This document shows, in pieces, positions 8,240-18,253 of a stretch of 44,858 bases of DNA (position 1 is the stretch's first letter; each line of letters begins with the position of its first letter). The position numbers and the translations under genes are program-made. The notes beneath the pieces were generated by a model. That model was not told where the DNA came from and searched no databases. It saw only the letters and a program-made list of their open reading frames with translations. The DNA is taken from positions 1-44,858 of the forward strand of contig JBCCHT010000066.1 of assembly GCA_039028615.1 (NCBI GenBank), in the 5' to 3' direction. The stretch is from Myxococcota bacterium (GTDB taxonomy: Bacteria > Myxococcota_A > Polyangia > Nannocystales > Nannocystaceae).

Positions 8240-10419
8240 GCGAGCCCAGCGAGACCCCCTGGCTGGCCGCGGGCGCGCTGCGAAAGCTCCGCGACGGCCT
8301 GAGCGTGGCCCAGGTGCTCGTGGCCTTGGCCGGGGTCGCGCTGGCGGGCGGCGTGGGCCTGCCCAGCTTGGTGCTGTTCTTCGTGCTGCTGGGACTGGCC
8401 TGGTGGCGGCCGCTGCCCCCCATCGCCTCCAAGGGCTCGCAGCGCGCATGGACCCTGCTCATCTTCGTGGCCCTGGTCGCCACCTTGCTGCGGGCGGTGC
8501 TGCGAGCCGAGTTCCTCGATGCCGGGGTCGACTTCCTCCTGCTGCTCGTCGTGCAGCGCATGTTCAACCGGCAGCGCGCCCGCGAGCACGCCCAGATGCT
8601 GCTGCTCGGCACGCTGCTGCTGGTCGTGGGCGCGGTCATCAACACCGAGCTGAGCTACCCCGCCCTGCTCGCCGTCTACTTCATCGTCGCCACCATGGCC
8701 TTGCTGGTGAACACGCTGATGTCCGAGGGCGAGCGGCTCGGCTCACGGGTCATGCTCAACCTCGGGCGCCAGGCCCATCGGCGACGCCGAGCCCTGTGGC
8801 GAGCCGCGATCGGGGTCGCGGTCATGGCCGGTGCAGGTGCCTTTCTCACTTTCCTGCTCTTCCCCCGCTGGGGCGTGGGCGTGTTCTTGCGGGGGCGCCT
8901 GCCGGGCGAGACCCGCAGCGGCTTCTCCGACGACGTCACCCTCGGTGACTTCGGCACCATCAAGACCGACGCCAGCGTGGTCATGCGCATCCGGCCCGAC
9001 AACGACCCGGGCGTGGCCAAGACCGACTGGCACCTGCGCGGGACGAGCCTCGACTTCTACGACGAGGGGCACTGGAAGCACGGCCCACAGCTGCCCTCGG
9101 TCCCCCTTCGCCCCGCCTACGGGTTCCACTCCGCCGTCGACAGCAACGGCGCCGCCAAGCTCACCCGCGAGCGACCGTCGCGAGACCTCGGCCGCCGCGA
9201 GGTGCCGGGCTTTCCCGGCTCGACCAACATCGAGCGCGCCAGCATCTTGGTGGAAGACTTCGGGGCCGACCTGCTGTTCGTGCCCAGCGAGCCCGTGGCG
9301 GTCAAGCTCACCGCCCGCGGCGAGCTCGAAAAGCGCACCCGCATCCTCGGGGGTCGCAACGGGGAGATTCGCGTCAACAAGCTGCCCGGGCCCATCCAGT
9401 ACCGGGCGATGTGGCGCAAGATCGACCCCACGCGCAGCCAGCTGCAGGCGGTGGGCAGCCCCCAAATCCCCGAGCGCCTCGACCCTTACCTCCAGCGCAG
9501 CGATGCCCTCAGCCCGCAGGTCACCGAGCTCGCGCGTCGCCTCACCGACGGGGCGCCGCACCGCCTCGCCAAGGTCGAAGCCGTCGCCAAGCACCTGCAG
9601 GGCTTCGACTACACCCTCGACCAGACCGTCTCCGATCGCGTGATCGAGGGCGCCGACCCGGTGGAGGGCTTCCTGTTCGACACCCAGGCCGGGCACTGCG
9701 AGTACTTCGCCACCGCCATGGCCGTGCTGCTGCGCGAGGCCGACGTCCCCACGCGCATCGTCAACGGCTACTACGGCGCGCACCTCAACGAGATCGGCGG
9801 CTTCTATACCGTGCGCCAGGCCAACGCCCACTCGTGGGTCGAGGTGCACTTCGGCGAGCTCGGCTGGGTGACCTTCGACCCCACGCCGCCCGCCGGACGT
9901 ACCGCGGGTGACGATGCGCCCTGGTGGCCCGCCGCCAACGAGCTCCTCGACGCCCTTCGCAACACCTACCTCGAGTACGTCATCGACTACGACCTGTCGA
10001 AACAGCTGGCGATCTTCGAGCAGCTCGGCTTCCGCCGCAAAGACAATCGGCCACGCGGGACCGGGCCCTGGATCGTGGTGGGGCTGGTGATCGGCCTGGG
10101 TGCGCTGTGGGTCCTCCGACGCTGGCGTCGAGGCGGCCGCGACGGGCTGAGCCCAGAGACCCAAGCGTACTTGCGGGTGCTCGCGCGCCTCGATGCCAGG
10201 GGCTTCACCACCACGCCCGATCAATCGCCGCTGCAAATCGCCGAGCAGCTCGCCGAGCAAGGGCATCCCGCCCACGACGTACTCCAGCGGTTCCTGACCC
10301 GCTACGAAGCGCTGCGCTTCGGGCCTCGCCGCGATCCACAGCGGCTCGCCGAGCTGCGGGCGGACGCCAAGCAGGCCCTGGCCGCCCTGAAGAGAGTACC
10401 GCGCCCGCCCGCGAGCTGA
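8236..10419 (+). CDS. DUF3488 / transglutaminase-like membrane protein (TgpA-like, probably with DUF4129)
   Basis: Multi-TM N-terminus, SGFSDDV, and catalytic triad motifs GHCEYFA, HSWVEV and FDPTP. ATGA overlap with DUF58. Confidence 0.93.
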   Translation: MSEPSETPWLAAGALRKLRDGLSVAQVLVALAGVALAGGVGLPSLVLFFVLLGLAWWRPLPPIASKGSQRAWTLLIFVALVATLLRAVLRAEFLDAGVDFLLLLVVQRMFNRQRAREHAQMLLLGTLLLVVGAVINTELSYPALLAVYFIVATMALLVNTLMSEGERLGSRVMLNLGRQAHRRRRALWRAAIGVAVMAGAGAFLTFLLFPRWGVGVFLRGRLPGETRSGFSDDVTLGDFGTIKTDASVVMRIRPDNDPGVAKTDWHLRGTSLDFYDEGHWKHGPQLPSVPLRPAYGFHSAVDSNGAAKLTRERPSRDLGRREVPGFPGSTNIERASILVEDFGADLLFVPSEPVAVKLTARGELEKRTRILGGRNGEIRVNKLPGPIQYRAMWRKIDPTRSQLQAVGSPQIPERLDPYLQRSDALSPQVTELARRLTDGAPHRLAKVEAVAKHLQGFDYTLDQTVSDRVIEGADPVEGFLFDTQAGHCEYFATAMAVLLREADVPTRIVNGYYGAHLNEIGGFYTVRQANAHSWVEVHFGELGWVTFDPTPPAGRTAGDDAPWWPAANELLDALRNTYLEYVIDYDLSKQLAIFEQLGFRRKDNRPRGTGPWIVVGLVIGLGALWVLRRWRRGGRDGLSPETQAYLRVLARLDARGFTTTPDQSPLQIAEQLAEQGHPAHDVLQRFLTRYEALRFGPRRDPQRLAELRADAKQALAALKRVPRPPAS

Positions 10420-10420
10420 C

Positions 10421-11125
10421 TCAGCGCAGCCCTTCGGTCGAGATGACTTGGTTGACCATCGCCGGGTCGAGCGCGATGCGGACCATGCCGCGCGCCAGCT
10501 CGTGGTTGGTGGTGGAGCGATAGCGATCGCGCAGCGTCCGGGCCCCGAGCAGGCCCGCCAAGCCCAGCGCACCGTCGGCAATCGTCGCCCCGATGCGCTC
10601 GCCCGCCCGCGGCTCGTCGCGATCGCCGATGATGAACGAGGGCCGCGCCACCGTGTACGGCAGGTCTCCCTCTCGCAGCGCTCGCTCCACCCGGACGCGA
10701 ACCGCCATGTAGGGGTTCTTGGTGCTCTCGCTCAGGCCCGCCGCCGACAAGTACACGAAGCGCGGATGAGGCTCACACGCCGCCGCCGCATCGCGCAGCA
10801 TCATGGTCAGCCCGTAGTCGATGGTCTCGTAGGCATCCAGCGCCGCCGTGCCCTCCTGCTTGGCGCGGGCCCGCGTGGTCCCGAGCAACGCGAAGACCAA
10901 GGTCGGCTTCAGCGTGCGCATCGTGTCCACCATCGCCTCGGGCTCCCACGGGGTCGCGTCGACCTCGGCCCCTTGGCCCTGCCATCGCTCGGTCCACTCG
11001 TCGCGACGAGACGAGTCCGGCCGCACGTGGGCGACCGTGCGCACCCCCTTGGCGAGGAGCTCGGAGACCACGGCCCGACCGGTATGGCCAGTCGCTCCGC
11101 CAACGAACGCAATCGGATCGGACAT
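10421..11125 (-). CDS. NAD(P)-binding oxidoreductase (atypical SDR, NAD_binding_10 / TIP30-like)
   Basis: GGATGHTG Rossmann motif, LGTTR, IDYG and ARPSFI. Confidence 0.85.
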   Translation of the reverse strand: MSDPIAFVGGATGHTGRAVVSELLAKGVRTVAHVRPDSSRRDEWTERWQGQGAEVDATPWEPEAMVDTMRTLKPTLVFALLGTTRARAKQEGTAALDAYETIDYGLTMMLRDAAAACEPHPRFVYLSAAGLSESTKNPYMAVRVRVERALREGDLPYTVARPSFIIGDRDEPRAGERIGATIADGALGLAGLLGARTLRDRYRSTTNHELARGMVRIALDPAMVNQVISTEGLR

Positions 11126-11209
11126 CGCCGCCGAGGGTAGCAGGTCGACCGCGGCTCGCCCGTGCGTAGCGTCTATCGGGTCCCGCCGCGTCTGTGGCAT
11201 CGTCCGCCC

Positions 11210-12076
11210 ATGAGCCCGCCGCCTTCCGTGCCCCGGATCGAGCCCGCCGAGCTACCTGCTCGCTACGACGTGGTGCTGCTCGATTCCTACGGCGTGCTCG
11301 TCGACGAGCGCGGAGCGCTGCCCGGCGCCGTCCGCTTCCTGAGCGATCTGCAGGCCTCGGGCACGCGCTGGATGGTGATCAGCAACGATGCCTCCCGCCT
11401 GCCCTCGTCATCCGTCGCGCGCTATCGGGAACGGGGCCTGCCGATCTCGTCCGAGCAGCTGCTGACCTCCGGGGACCTCATCGCCCCGCACTTCGAGGCC
11501 CAGGACCTGGCCGGGCGGCGCTGCGTCGTGTTGGGACCGGCCGACTCCCGGACCCTGGTCTCCGACGCAGGCGGGCTCGTGGTCGACCCCCTCGATCCGC
11601 AGCTCGAGGTCCTGGTGGTCTGCGACGACGAGGGCTACCCCTTTCGCGAGACCATCGAAGCGCTGATCGGACACCTGTACGCGCGCTTCGCCGCCGGACA
11701 CGAGGTCGCGCTGGTGCTGCCCAACCCCGATCTCATCTACCCGCGAGGCCCGGGGCGCTTCGGCATGACCGCGGGGAGCGTGGCCATGCTCATCGAGGGG
11801 GCCCTGCGCCTGCGCTTTCCCGAGGTACCGCCTCGCTTCACCGGGCTGGGCAAGCCCCACGCCCCCATCTTCGAGCGCGCCCTCGCCCGGCTGGGGGCGA
11901 GCCCGGCCGACCGCGTGGTGATGGTGGGCGATCAGCTGGCCACGGACATCGCGGGCGCGGAGGCGATGGGCATCGACTCCGTACTCATCGCCACCGGGGT
12001 CTGCGATCCGACCCAGCTGCCGAGCACGGGACCTCGCCCGACGGCGTGGCTGCCTGGGCTCGAGTCATCGCTGTAG
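11210..12076 (+). CDS. HAD-IIA family hydrolase (NagD-like)
   Basis: LLDSYGVL, ISND, NPD, GKP and MVGDQLATDIAG motifs. Confidence 0.92.
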   Translation: MSPPPSVPRIEPAELPARYDVVLLDSYGVLVDERGALPGAVRFLSDLQASGTRWMVISNDASRLPSSSVARYRERGLPISSEQLLTSGDLIAPHFEAQDLAGRRCVVLGPADSRTLVSDAGGLVVDPLDPQLEVLVVCDDEGYPFRETIEALIGHLYARFAAGHEVALVLPNPDLIYPRGPGRFGMTAGSVAMLIEGALRLRFPEVPPRFTGLGKPHAPIFERALARLGASPADRVVMVGDQLATDIAGAEAMGIDSVLIATGVCDPTQLPSTGPRPTAWLPGLESSL

Positions 12077-12979
12077 TCGACGCAGCGCGGCGAGCAGCTC
12101 GGGATCTCCGGCCTTGGGCATCACCGCCCGCAGATCGACGATGAGATCGCCGCGCCCCTTGCCGGAGGTCGGCATGCCCTTGCCCCGCAGTCGCAGCGGC
12201 TTGTGGGGCGCGGTGGCGGGCGGCACCTTGACCTCGTAGCGACCGAAGGGCACCGCCACGTCGACCCGCCCCCCCTCGTAGAGCACCCGCAGCGGCACGG
12301 GCACGTCGACGTGCAGGTTGGACCCGTCGATCCGCATGCCCGGATCGGGCTGGGCCCGGACCTCGACCAGGAGCGCGCCCGGCGGGCTCCCGGGCGCCCC
12401 ACGCCCCGCGAAGTTCAGTGTGCTCCCGGCCACGGTGCCCGCCGGGATGGTGATTTCGGTACTCGCCGAACGACCGTCGGCGCGCGCATAGCCGACCCGC
12501 TGCTTGCCGCCCGAGATCAGCACGCTCGCGGGCGCGGTGACGGTGGCTCGCAGATCGAGCCCTTCCTCTTCGCCCCCGTCGGCCGGGTGGCGACCGCCGA
12601 AGAACCGATCGAGAAAATCGTCGAAGCGGGTAGTCCGAACCTCTTCGAGGTCGGCAAAGTCCATCACGTCGCGGCTCCACAGGCCGGAATCCGAGGGTTC
12701 GTGGGCGGGCGCGCTCTGGCGCTGACGGGCGCTCCGAGCCCGATCGGGGTCGAATCCACGGGTGAACGCGACCTCGCCGAACTCGTCGTACAACGCCCGC
12801 TTCTGCCCACACGAGAGCACTTCGTAGGCCTCGACCACCTCTTTGTAGCGATCGGTGGCCCACTGCCGACCCGGGTTGAGATCGGGGTGAAAGCGACGCG
12901 TGAGCTCGCGGTAGGCCTTCTTGATCTCGACGGCTTCGGCCTGAGGGGCCAGCCCCAAGGCCTGATACAGATCACGCAC
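12065..12979 (-). CDS. Class B DnaJ-family chaperone (CbpA-like)
   Basis: J domain with intact HPD (IKKAYRELTRRFHPDLNP), AYEVLS, C-terminal LRLRGKGMP...GDL, and no zinc finger. Confidence 0.9.
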   Translation of the reverse strand: MRDLYQALGLAPQAEAVEIKKAYRELTRRFHPDLNPGRQWATDRYKEVVEAYEVLSCGQKRALYDEFGEVAFTRGFDPDRARSARQRQSAPAHEPSDSGLWSRDVMDFADLEEVRTTRFDDFLDRFFGGRHPADGGEEEGLDLRATVTAPASVLISGGKQRVGYARADGRSASTEITIPAGTVAGSTLNFAGRGAPGSPPGALLVEVRAQPDPGMRIDGSNLHVDVPVPLRVLYEGGRVDVAVPFGRYEVKVPPATAPHKPLRLRGKGMPTSGKGRGDLIVDLRAVMPKAGDPELLAALRRLQR

Positions 12980-13048
12980 CGCGCCACTATAGCGCGCCCG
13001 CGAACCGCGACCACCGAGCCCGATCACGCCCCGCGAGCGCGAAACCTG

Positions 13049-15145
13049 CTAGCGACCCTTCTTCGATCGCGCGACGTCTTCTTCGCGTGCCAGCCGATAG
13101 GCCTCTTGCGCCTTCGACTGGCGCTCCCACATGTCGTTCATCGCCTCCTGCTCGGCGTCGCTGAGTCGGGGTCCGCCCCGCTCCAGAGCCCCGCGCAGCA
13201 ACGACTCGATGACCGTGCCCATGCCCTTGACCCGCAGGAACTGACCGCCGACCACGGTGAAGCCCCGCTCGTCCTCGACCGCCGCCATCACGCCCATCCC
13301 GATGGGATCGAAGAGCGACAGGATGTACTCGGCTTCGGCCTGGCTGCGCTTGCGCTCGAACGCCGCAATCTCCTCTTCGACCTTCTTCAGCTCCTTGCGC
13401 GCCTTCTTGCTCTTGCGCGAGTGCTTGATCGCGGCCAGCTCCTCTTCGGAGAGACCGCCCATGGACATCGACATCTCGAAGGAGCCGCGCGACGCGGTGA
13501 GCCACAGCGAGAGCATCGACAGGTCGAAAGCCTGCGTCGCCGCGGTGCCAGCCAGCCCCATCGCGCCCCGGGCCGCCGCTGGACGAATCTTGCTCGGCAT
13601 CGACCCCGGGTCACCCGACGCGATGCGCTCGGCCAGCTTGGGGTCGCTCGACAGCACGATCCGGTCCCCCACCGCGTCGACGTGCATGGTCCGCCAGTCG
13701 GGCACGTCCACCCGGTAGCCCTCGCCGTCCTTGCGCATCATTCCGGCCAGCTCCGTCCGCGCAGACGCGACCTTGGCGAGCAAGTACTTGGCCTTGGCGG
13801 CGTCGTTCACCTGCATGTACGCCCCCACACCGAGCTGCTTGGAGGGGTCCTCGGCGCCCAGATCGATCTCGCCGTCGACCACCACGCAAAAGCCCACCTC
13901 GTGTCCCATCGCGGGCTTGAGGTCGGCGACCAGATCGATCCCGGTCTCGCGGCGAGTCTCCTCGACCATGCTCGGCAAGTCGGTGCCCTCGGCCTTGGCC
14001 AGAAGCTCCAGCAGTTCGAACGCGGGCTCCCCCTCGACCACGCCCGACGCACACCAGATCGGGGTGCCGCTCATCGCGTTGGGCAGCACCGGGTCTCCCG
14101 CCCGATTGGACAGCAGTCGCCGCACGAACGCCTCTTCACCCGCGGCGATGCGTCCGTCGAAGGTCGGGCCGCCGCGCTTCATGGTCGCGGTGAAGCCCAC
14201 CCCCTCGACGCCCGAGACCATCAACGCCAGCGAGTCGCGCTCGGCCTGCGCTCGCGCCCGCCACCGGGCTTCATCGGCGCGAATCTCTTCTGCACGACGC
14301 TCGAGCTCGGCCAGCCGCTCCGCGCTCGCGCCCGACTTCTGGGCCTCGGCGAGCTCTTCTTGCGCCCAGTTGTGGCCGACCTCGGCGTCACGGGCCTCGT
14401 CTTGGGCATTGCCCTGATCGACCATGCGCGCGATGTCGATGTACGCCGACAAGTCGGCCGCCTGCAGTCCGCCCGTAGTCTTGCGGTAGTTCCGGTGCGC
14501 GGCCAGGGCCACGTTGGGGTCCATGGTCGCGAGGCGCTGCGGCAGGTCGACCCCCTCGTGGCCCTCACCCAGCACGATCACGGCGAAGTCGTCCCGCAGC
14601 ACGATGGCCACGTCGTCGGGCCCGGGCACGCGCAGCACCGCCCCCTTGCCGTAGGCCTCTTCGACGATCTCCACCTCGGCGCGGCCGGCCATCTCGCGGA
14701 TGAAGCTGGTGAACTTCGAACGGTCGGTGAGCGTCGCGAACACCATGCCCTGCGGCTGCGTCACCCCGGACAACGCGAAGCTCAGCGGGCCGTCGGCGTC
14801 GACGCCAATCTCGTGCCACGTGCTCGGGTCCAGCAGGTCGCGGCCCAGGGTCTGGGAGAGCATCGCGCTGATGCCCATGTATTGCATGCGGAACTCGCTG
14901 ACCAAGCGGTCGCGCTCGAACACCTCGGCGGCCCGATTCACGCTCGACCCGGTCACCAACATCACGGTGTCGGGGGGCAGCATCTGCTCGGGCGAGTCGA
15001 CGGCCGCGATCTCGACCGGCGCTTTGTCGACCTTGCCCGAGCCCGTGGTCTCGGGCGGCGTCACGTCCTCGGTGGGCTTGCACGCGAACAGGGCCAGAGA
15101 ACAACCAAGGCAGACATCGAGGGTCCGGCGACGACGGGGGCTCAT
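13049..15145 (-). CDS. Large lipoprotein, possibly DUF3352-like
   Basis: Lipobox LFAC and strong codon bias. GVDADGPLSF and GIDLVADLKPAMGHEVGF segments recall DUF3352-type proteins. Coiled-coil inserts are present. Confidence 0.75.
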   Translation of the reverse strand: MSPRRRRTLDVCLGCSLALFACKPTEDVTPPETTGSGKVDKAPVEIAAVDSPEQMLPPDTVMLVTGSSVNRAAEVFERDRLVSEFRMQYMGISAMLSQTLGRDLLDPSTWHEIGVDADGPLSFALSGVTQPQGMVFATLTDRSKFTSFIREMAGRAEVEIVEEAYGKGAVLRVPGPDDVAIVLRDDFAVIVLGEGHEGVDLPQRLATMDPNVALAAHRNYRKTTGGLQAADLSAYIDIARMVDQGNAQDEARDAEVGHNWAQEELAEAQKSGASAERLAELERRAEEIRADEARWRARAQAERDSLALMVSGVEGVGFTATMKRGGPTFDGRIAAGEEAFVRRLLSNRAGDPVLPNAMSGTPIWCASGVVEGEPAFELLELLAKAEGTDLPSMVEETRRETGIDLVADLKPAMGHEVGFCVVVDGEIDLGAEDPSKQLGVGAYMQVNDAAKAKYLLAKVASARTELAGMMRKDGEGYRVDVPDWRTMHVDAVGDRIVLSSDPKLAERIASGDPGSMPSKIRPAAARGAMGLAGTAATQAFDLSMLSLWLTASRGSFEMSMSMGGLSEEELAAIKHSRKSKKARKELKKVEEEIAAFERKRSQAEAEYILSLFDPIGMGVMAAVEDERGFTVVGGQFLRVKGMGTVIESLLRGALERGGPRLSDAEQEAMNDMWERQSKAQEAYRLAREEDVARSKKGR

Positions 15146-15404
15146 GACGCAGCGTTATAGACGACCTGGGACGACCGCGCCGCCCTCCCGGCGTACACCA
15201 ACGTTCAGCCGGCCCAAAACAGGAGAACGGCTGCGTTGGTCGTCGCGACGCGAGGCTGCCAAACCTCGTGCGAGCGCCGAAACGACCATCACCTGCCCTC
15301 GTTCACGACGATCGAGATCCGTCCGCTCGAGCGACCACGGCTCTTACCAAACGAGCAGCGCAACGCGGAAGCCTTTGTTCGCCCGTGCAGTACACTGAAG
15401 ATCA

Positions 15405-16238
15405 ATGGTGCAACGAAACCGGGCGCGGATCTTCTTGCTGACGTCGATGCTCGCGCTGGGCTCTGCCGCCTGGGGTCCCAAAAACCAGAAACCTCAGGTC
15501 ACCGAGGAACAGCTCGAGTACTCCAAGCAGATGTTCGCCGAAGGCGAGGCCGCCATGGCGGCCGAGCAGTACGCCGACGCCCTCGCCAAGTTCCAAGAAG
15601 GCTACCGGTACGCGCCCCACCTGCACGTGTTCACCTACAACATCGCCAGCGCGGCCGATGCCGCGGGCGACTGCCAGACCGCCGCCACCTACTTCCGGTT
15701 GTTCGTCGATCTGGTCCCCAAACACCCCAAGCGCAAGAGCTCCAAGGCGCGGCTGGCCAAACTCGACCAGGAGTGCACCGACGCCCCCGAGCTGGCCTCC
15801 ACCACCCCGGGCTCGAGCGAACCGCCGCCCGATCGCAGCGATCGCGAGAAAGAGCGCGCCAAGAAGGAGGCCATCGCGGCGATGAACGCCGCCTACTCCG
15901 AGCTACGCTCCGCCCAGCAGCTGCACGAGGCGGCCAACAAACGCTTCCCCGACGCGCCCTTCTCCGGCCCCGCCCGACGCCGCCGACGACACGCCAAGAA
16001 GGTGCTCAAGCTCGCGCAGAAGCTCGGCGTGCCCATGGAGCTCAACGACTTCGACACTCTCGAGGTCGGCGGCAATGCCAAGTCCGCCTGCAAGATCGCC
16101 CAGCGCCAAGAAAAGAAGGTCGTCAACGCCCTCGACGAAGCGATGGAGTACTACGAGTCGACCAAGGCCTACCGCGTGTTCAACCGGGCCCGCCGCGCCG
16201 CCGAGCGCGACGGGACCAACTTCGACGCCTGTAGCTAG
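15405..16238 (+). CDS. Secreted protein with N-terminal TPR and C-terminal ferritin-like (DUF2202-like) domain
   Basis: Signal peptide, then TPR (FAEGEAAMAAEQYADALAKFQEGY...YNIA). The C-terminal four-helix pattern resembles DUF2202. Confidence 0.75.
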   Translation: MVQRNRARIFLLTSMLALGSAAWGPKNQKPQVTEEQLEYSKQMFAEGEAAMAAEQYADALAKFQEGYRYAPHLHVFTYNIASAADAAGDCQTAATYFRLFVDLVPKHPKRKSSKARLAKLDQECTDAPELASTTPGSSEPPPDRSDREKERAKKEAIAAMNAAYSELRSAQQLHEAANKRFPDAPFSGPARRRRRHAKKVLKLAQKLGVPMELNDFDTLEVGGNAKSACKIAQRQEKKVVNALDEAMEYYESTKAYRVFNRARRAAERDGTNFDACS

Positions 16239-16313
16239 CGTGGTGAGTCCACGATCCGCTTCAAAAGAACACCGCCCCCGCGTTCTCTCGAAACGGATTG
16301 CCAACTCACCACA

Positions 16314-18044
16314 CTAGCCTCCGCCCACGAATTCGACGAGCTCTTGTACCGGGGCCGGGCTGCCGTGGCCGCCCGCGAGCGTCGCAGTAGGCGGCGCACC
16401 ATCGAGCGCATCGAGCAGCTGCTGCGCCCACATGGGGTTGAAGCTGCTGCCCCCGTCTCCGGGGTTGTACACGTCGCTGACGAACACGATGCCGCCCCCG
16501 CCCGCGACGTGGATGAGCAGCATGTCGGCGCTGTGCCCATTGGGGAGGAATTCGAGCGTGATGGCATGGTCGGGGTCGTCGAAGACCAGCCCCTCCAAGC
16601 CCACGCCCGTCATCTGCGGCTTCACATCGACCCGGGACAGCGCATCGGGAATGATCGTCGACGGCGCGGTGAACACCACGTCGGCGAAGTAGTCGACCGA
16701 GTCCTCGTGCATCACGATCTGCGCCCCCGCGGCCACGAACGCTCGCAGCCCGCCGCAGTGATCTTCGTGGTGGTGCGTCGCGATCACGTGGCTGACCGCT
16801 TTGCCGGGGATGTTCTCGGCGATCCACGCCAGGATCGCCTCGGCCCGCTCGGGGTGATTGGGCGCCTCGATCACGATCACGCTGCCCTGCTGCTCCACGA
16901 CCAGCGAGTGGTGGGAGGCCCCCGTGAGGTGATGAATGCCCGGCGAAAGCTCGGTGGCGACGATGGTCGTGAGAGGGAAATCGAGCGGGATGCCCAGCGC
17001 CACAAAGGTCTGGAAGAACTGGTGCGAGGTCTCGCCGTAGGCCGCCAGCGCCGGGCTGAACATCCCCTCCTCGGGGAGCTCGAAGATCGCGGGATCGAAC
17101 GCCGGATCCAGCTCGACCTCGCGGGTCTCGCCGTGCACCACGTCGCCATCGAGCTCGAGGCGGACCTCGGCGGGGAACGGCACGGGCGCGCCGCTCCAGC
17201 CCTCGTAGTCCACGCGGATCTCCGCGTCGCGCAGCAGGAAATCGTTGACCATCGTGTGCAGCTCGAGCAGCTCACCGCCCTCGGCCGTGCACAACAGGAT
17301 CGGGCTCACGCTGTCCTGGACCTCGATCACCGCGTCGCAGCCCTCGAGCTCGACCTCGCTGACCACCGCGGTGCGGGCCCCCGCCAGGACGTCGCGAAGC
17401 ACGACATGGGGATGCAGCAACGCCAGCTGCTTGCGGCCCGAGGCCCACCGTGACGACAGCATGGGCGCATCGCTGGGCCCGGGGAAGATGACGCCATCGT
17501 CTCCCGAGATATAGCCGAGCTCGCCTCGATAGGTCTCGGCGTAGGAGACCGGCACGCCTCCCAGGAAGTCGTTGATGCGCTCGTAGTCCACCCGCACCGC
17601 GTCCACGGTGAAATCGTAGGACGTGACGGTGTCGAAGCTCCCGACCGGCATCGCCGGGTCGCCCGCGTGCTGCCCCTCGTTGGCGACCGCGCGCGTGCCC
17701 GAGGCGACGCTACGAAAACCGGTCAGGTCCAGCAGGGCTCGTTCGCCGCCGAAGAACTCGAACAGCTCGGCAATGGGATCGCTGCCCTCTCCGCTCGTGC
17801 CGCTGCTATCGTCGTCGCTGCCCGTGTCACCGCTCGTGTCCGATGGTGTGGCTGCGGTGGTGTCCGCCGTTTGACCGACCGTGCTGCCTTCGCCTCCTTC
17901 GGCCCCGCTCGTGGACGCCCCCGCGGCCGTGTCTTCGTCGCCATCGCTCCCGGTACAGGCCGAGAGCACCAGCGCCAGGCTGGCGGCGACGGTGAGGCCG
18001 ACTCCGTGGGGCCGCGCCCCATGAAACCAATGATGTTCGTGCAT
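16314..18044 (-). CDS. MBL-fold metallo-hydrolase lipoprotein
   Basis: Lipobox LSAC, Ser/Thr/Gly/Asp linker, and THHHEDHCGG, GHSADM, SDVYNP and GGHG motifs. SD GGAG is present upstream. Confidence 0.9.
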   Translation of the reverse strand: MHEHHWFHGARPHGVGLTVAASLALVLSACTGSDGDEDTAAGASTSGAEGGEGSTVGQTADTTAATPSDTSGDTGSDDDSSGTSGEGSDPIAELFEFFGGERALLDLTGFRSVASGTRAVANEGQHAGDPAMPVGSFDTVTSYDFTVDAVRVDYERINDFLGGVPVSYAETYRGELGYISGDDGVIFPGPSDAPMLSSRWASGRKQLALLHPHVVLRDVLAGARTAVVSEVELEGCDAVIEVQDSVSPILLCTAEGGELLELHTMVNDFLLRDAEIRVDYEGWSGAPVPFPAEVRLELDGDVVHGETREVELDPAFDPAIFELPEEGMFSPALAAYGETSHQFFQTFVALGIPLDFPLTTIVATELSPGIHHLTGASHHSLVVEQQGSVIVIEAPNHPERAEAILAWIAENIPGKAVSHVIATHHHEDHCGGLRAFVAAGAQIVMHEDSVDYFADVVFTAPSTIIPDALSRVDVKPQMTGVGLEGLVFDDPDHAITLEFLPNGHSADMLLIHVAGGGGIVFVSDVYNPGDGGSSFNPMWAQQLLDALDGAPPTATLAGGHGSPAPVQELVEFVGGG

Positions 18045-18198
18045 GGATGCTCTCCGTCACTTTCGCGACGCGATGCTCGGAGCCCGGCGAAGATCGAGCC
18101 AAACTCCGACGAGTCCACCGACCAGCTCATCGCGCACGCAGTCGCGACGACGGCCGTGGGTCACCGAGTCGAGAAGTTTTTTTGTACTGACCTGCATG

Positions 18199-18226
18199 AA
18201 AATAGATCGAAGCCGAGCGTGGTCAA
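18199..18226 (-). promoter_or_regulatory. Putative sigma70 promoter (TTGACC-N16-TATTTT) for the MBL hydrolase
   Basis: Minus-strand TTGACC at 18226-18221 and TATTTT at 18204-18199, in the most AT-rich stretch of the window. Confidence 0.45.
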
Positions 18227-18234
18227 GATAATTT

Positions 18235-18253
18235 AATGCGAATCGGTATAATT
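18235..18253. promoter_or_regulatory. Fur-box-like site overlapping a perfect plus-strand TATAAT (18247-18252)
   Basis: AATGCGAATCGGTATAATT matches AATGATAATCATTATCATT at 14 of 19 positions. Confidence 0.4.

Noticed and set aside
12203..15160. 985-aa ORF on the plus strand
   Set aside because: Antisense shadow of the DnaJ and lipoprotein genes.
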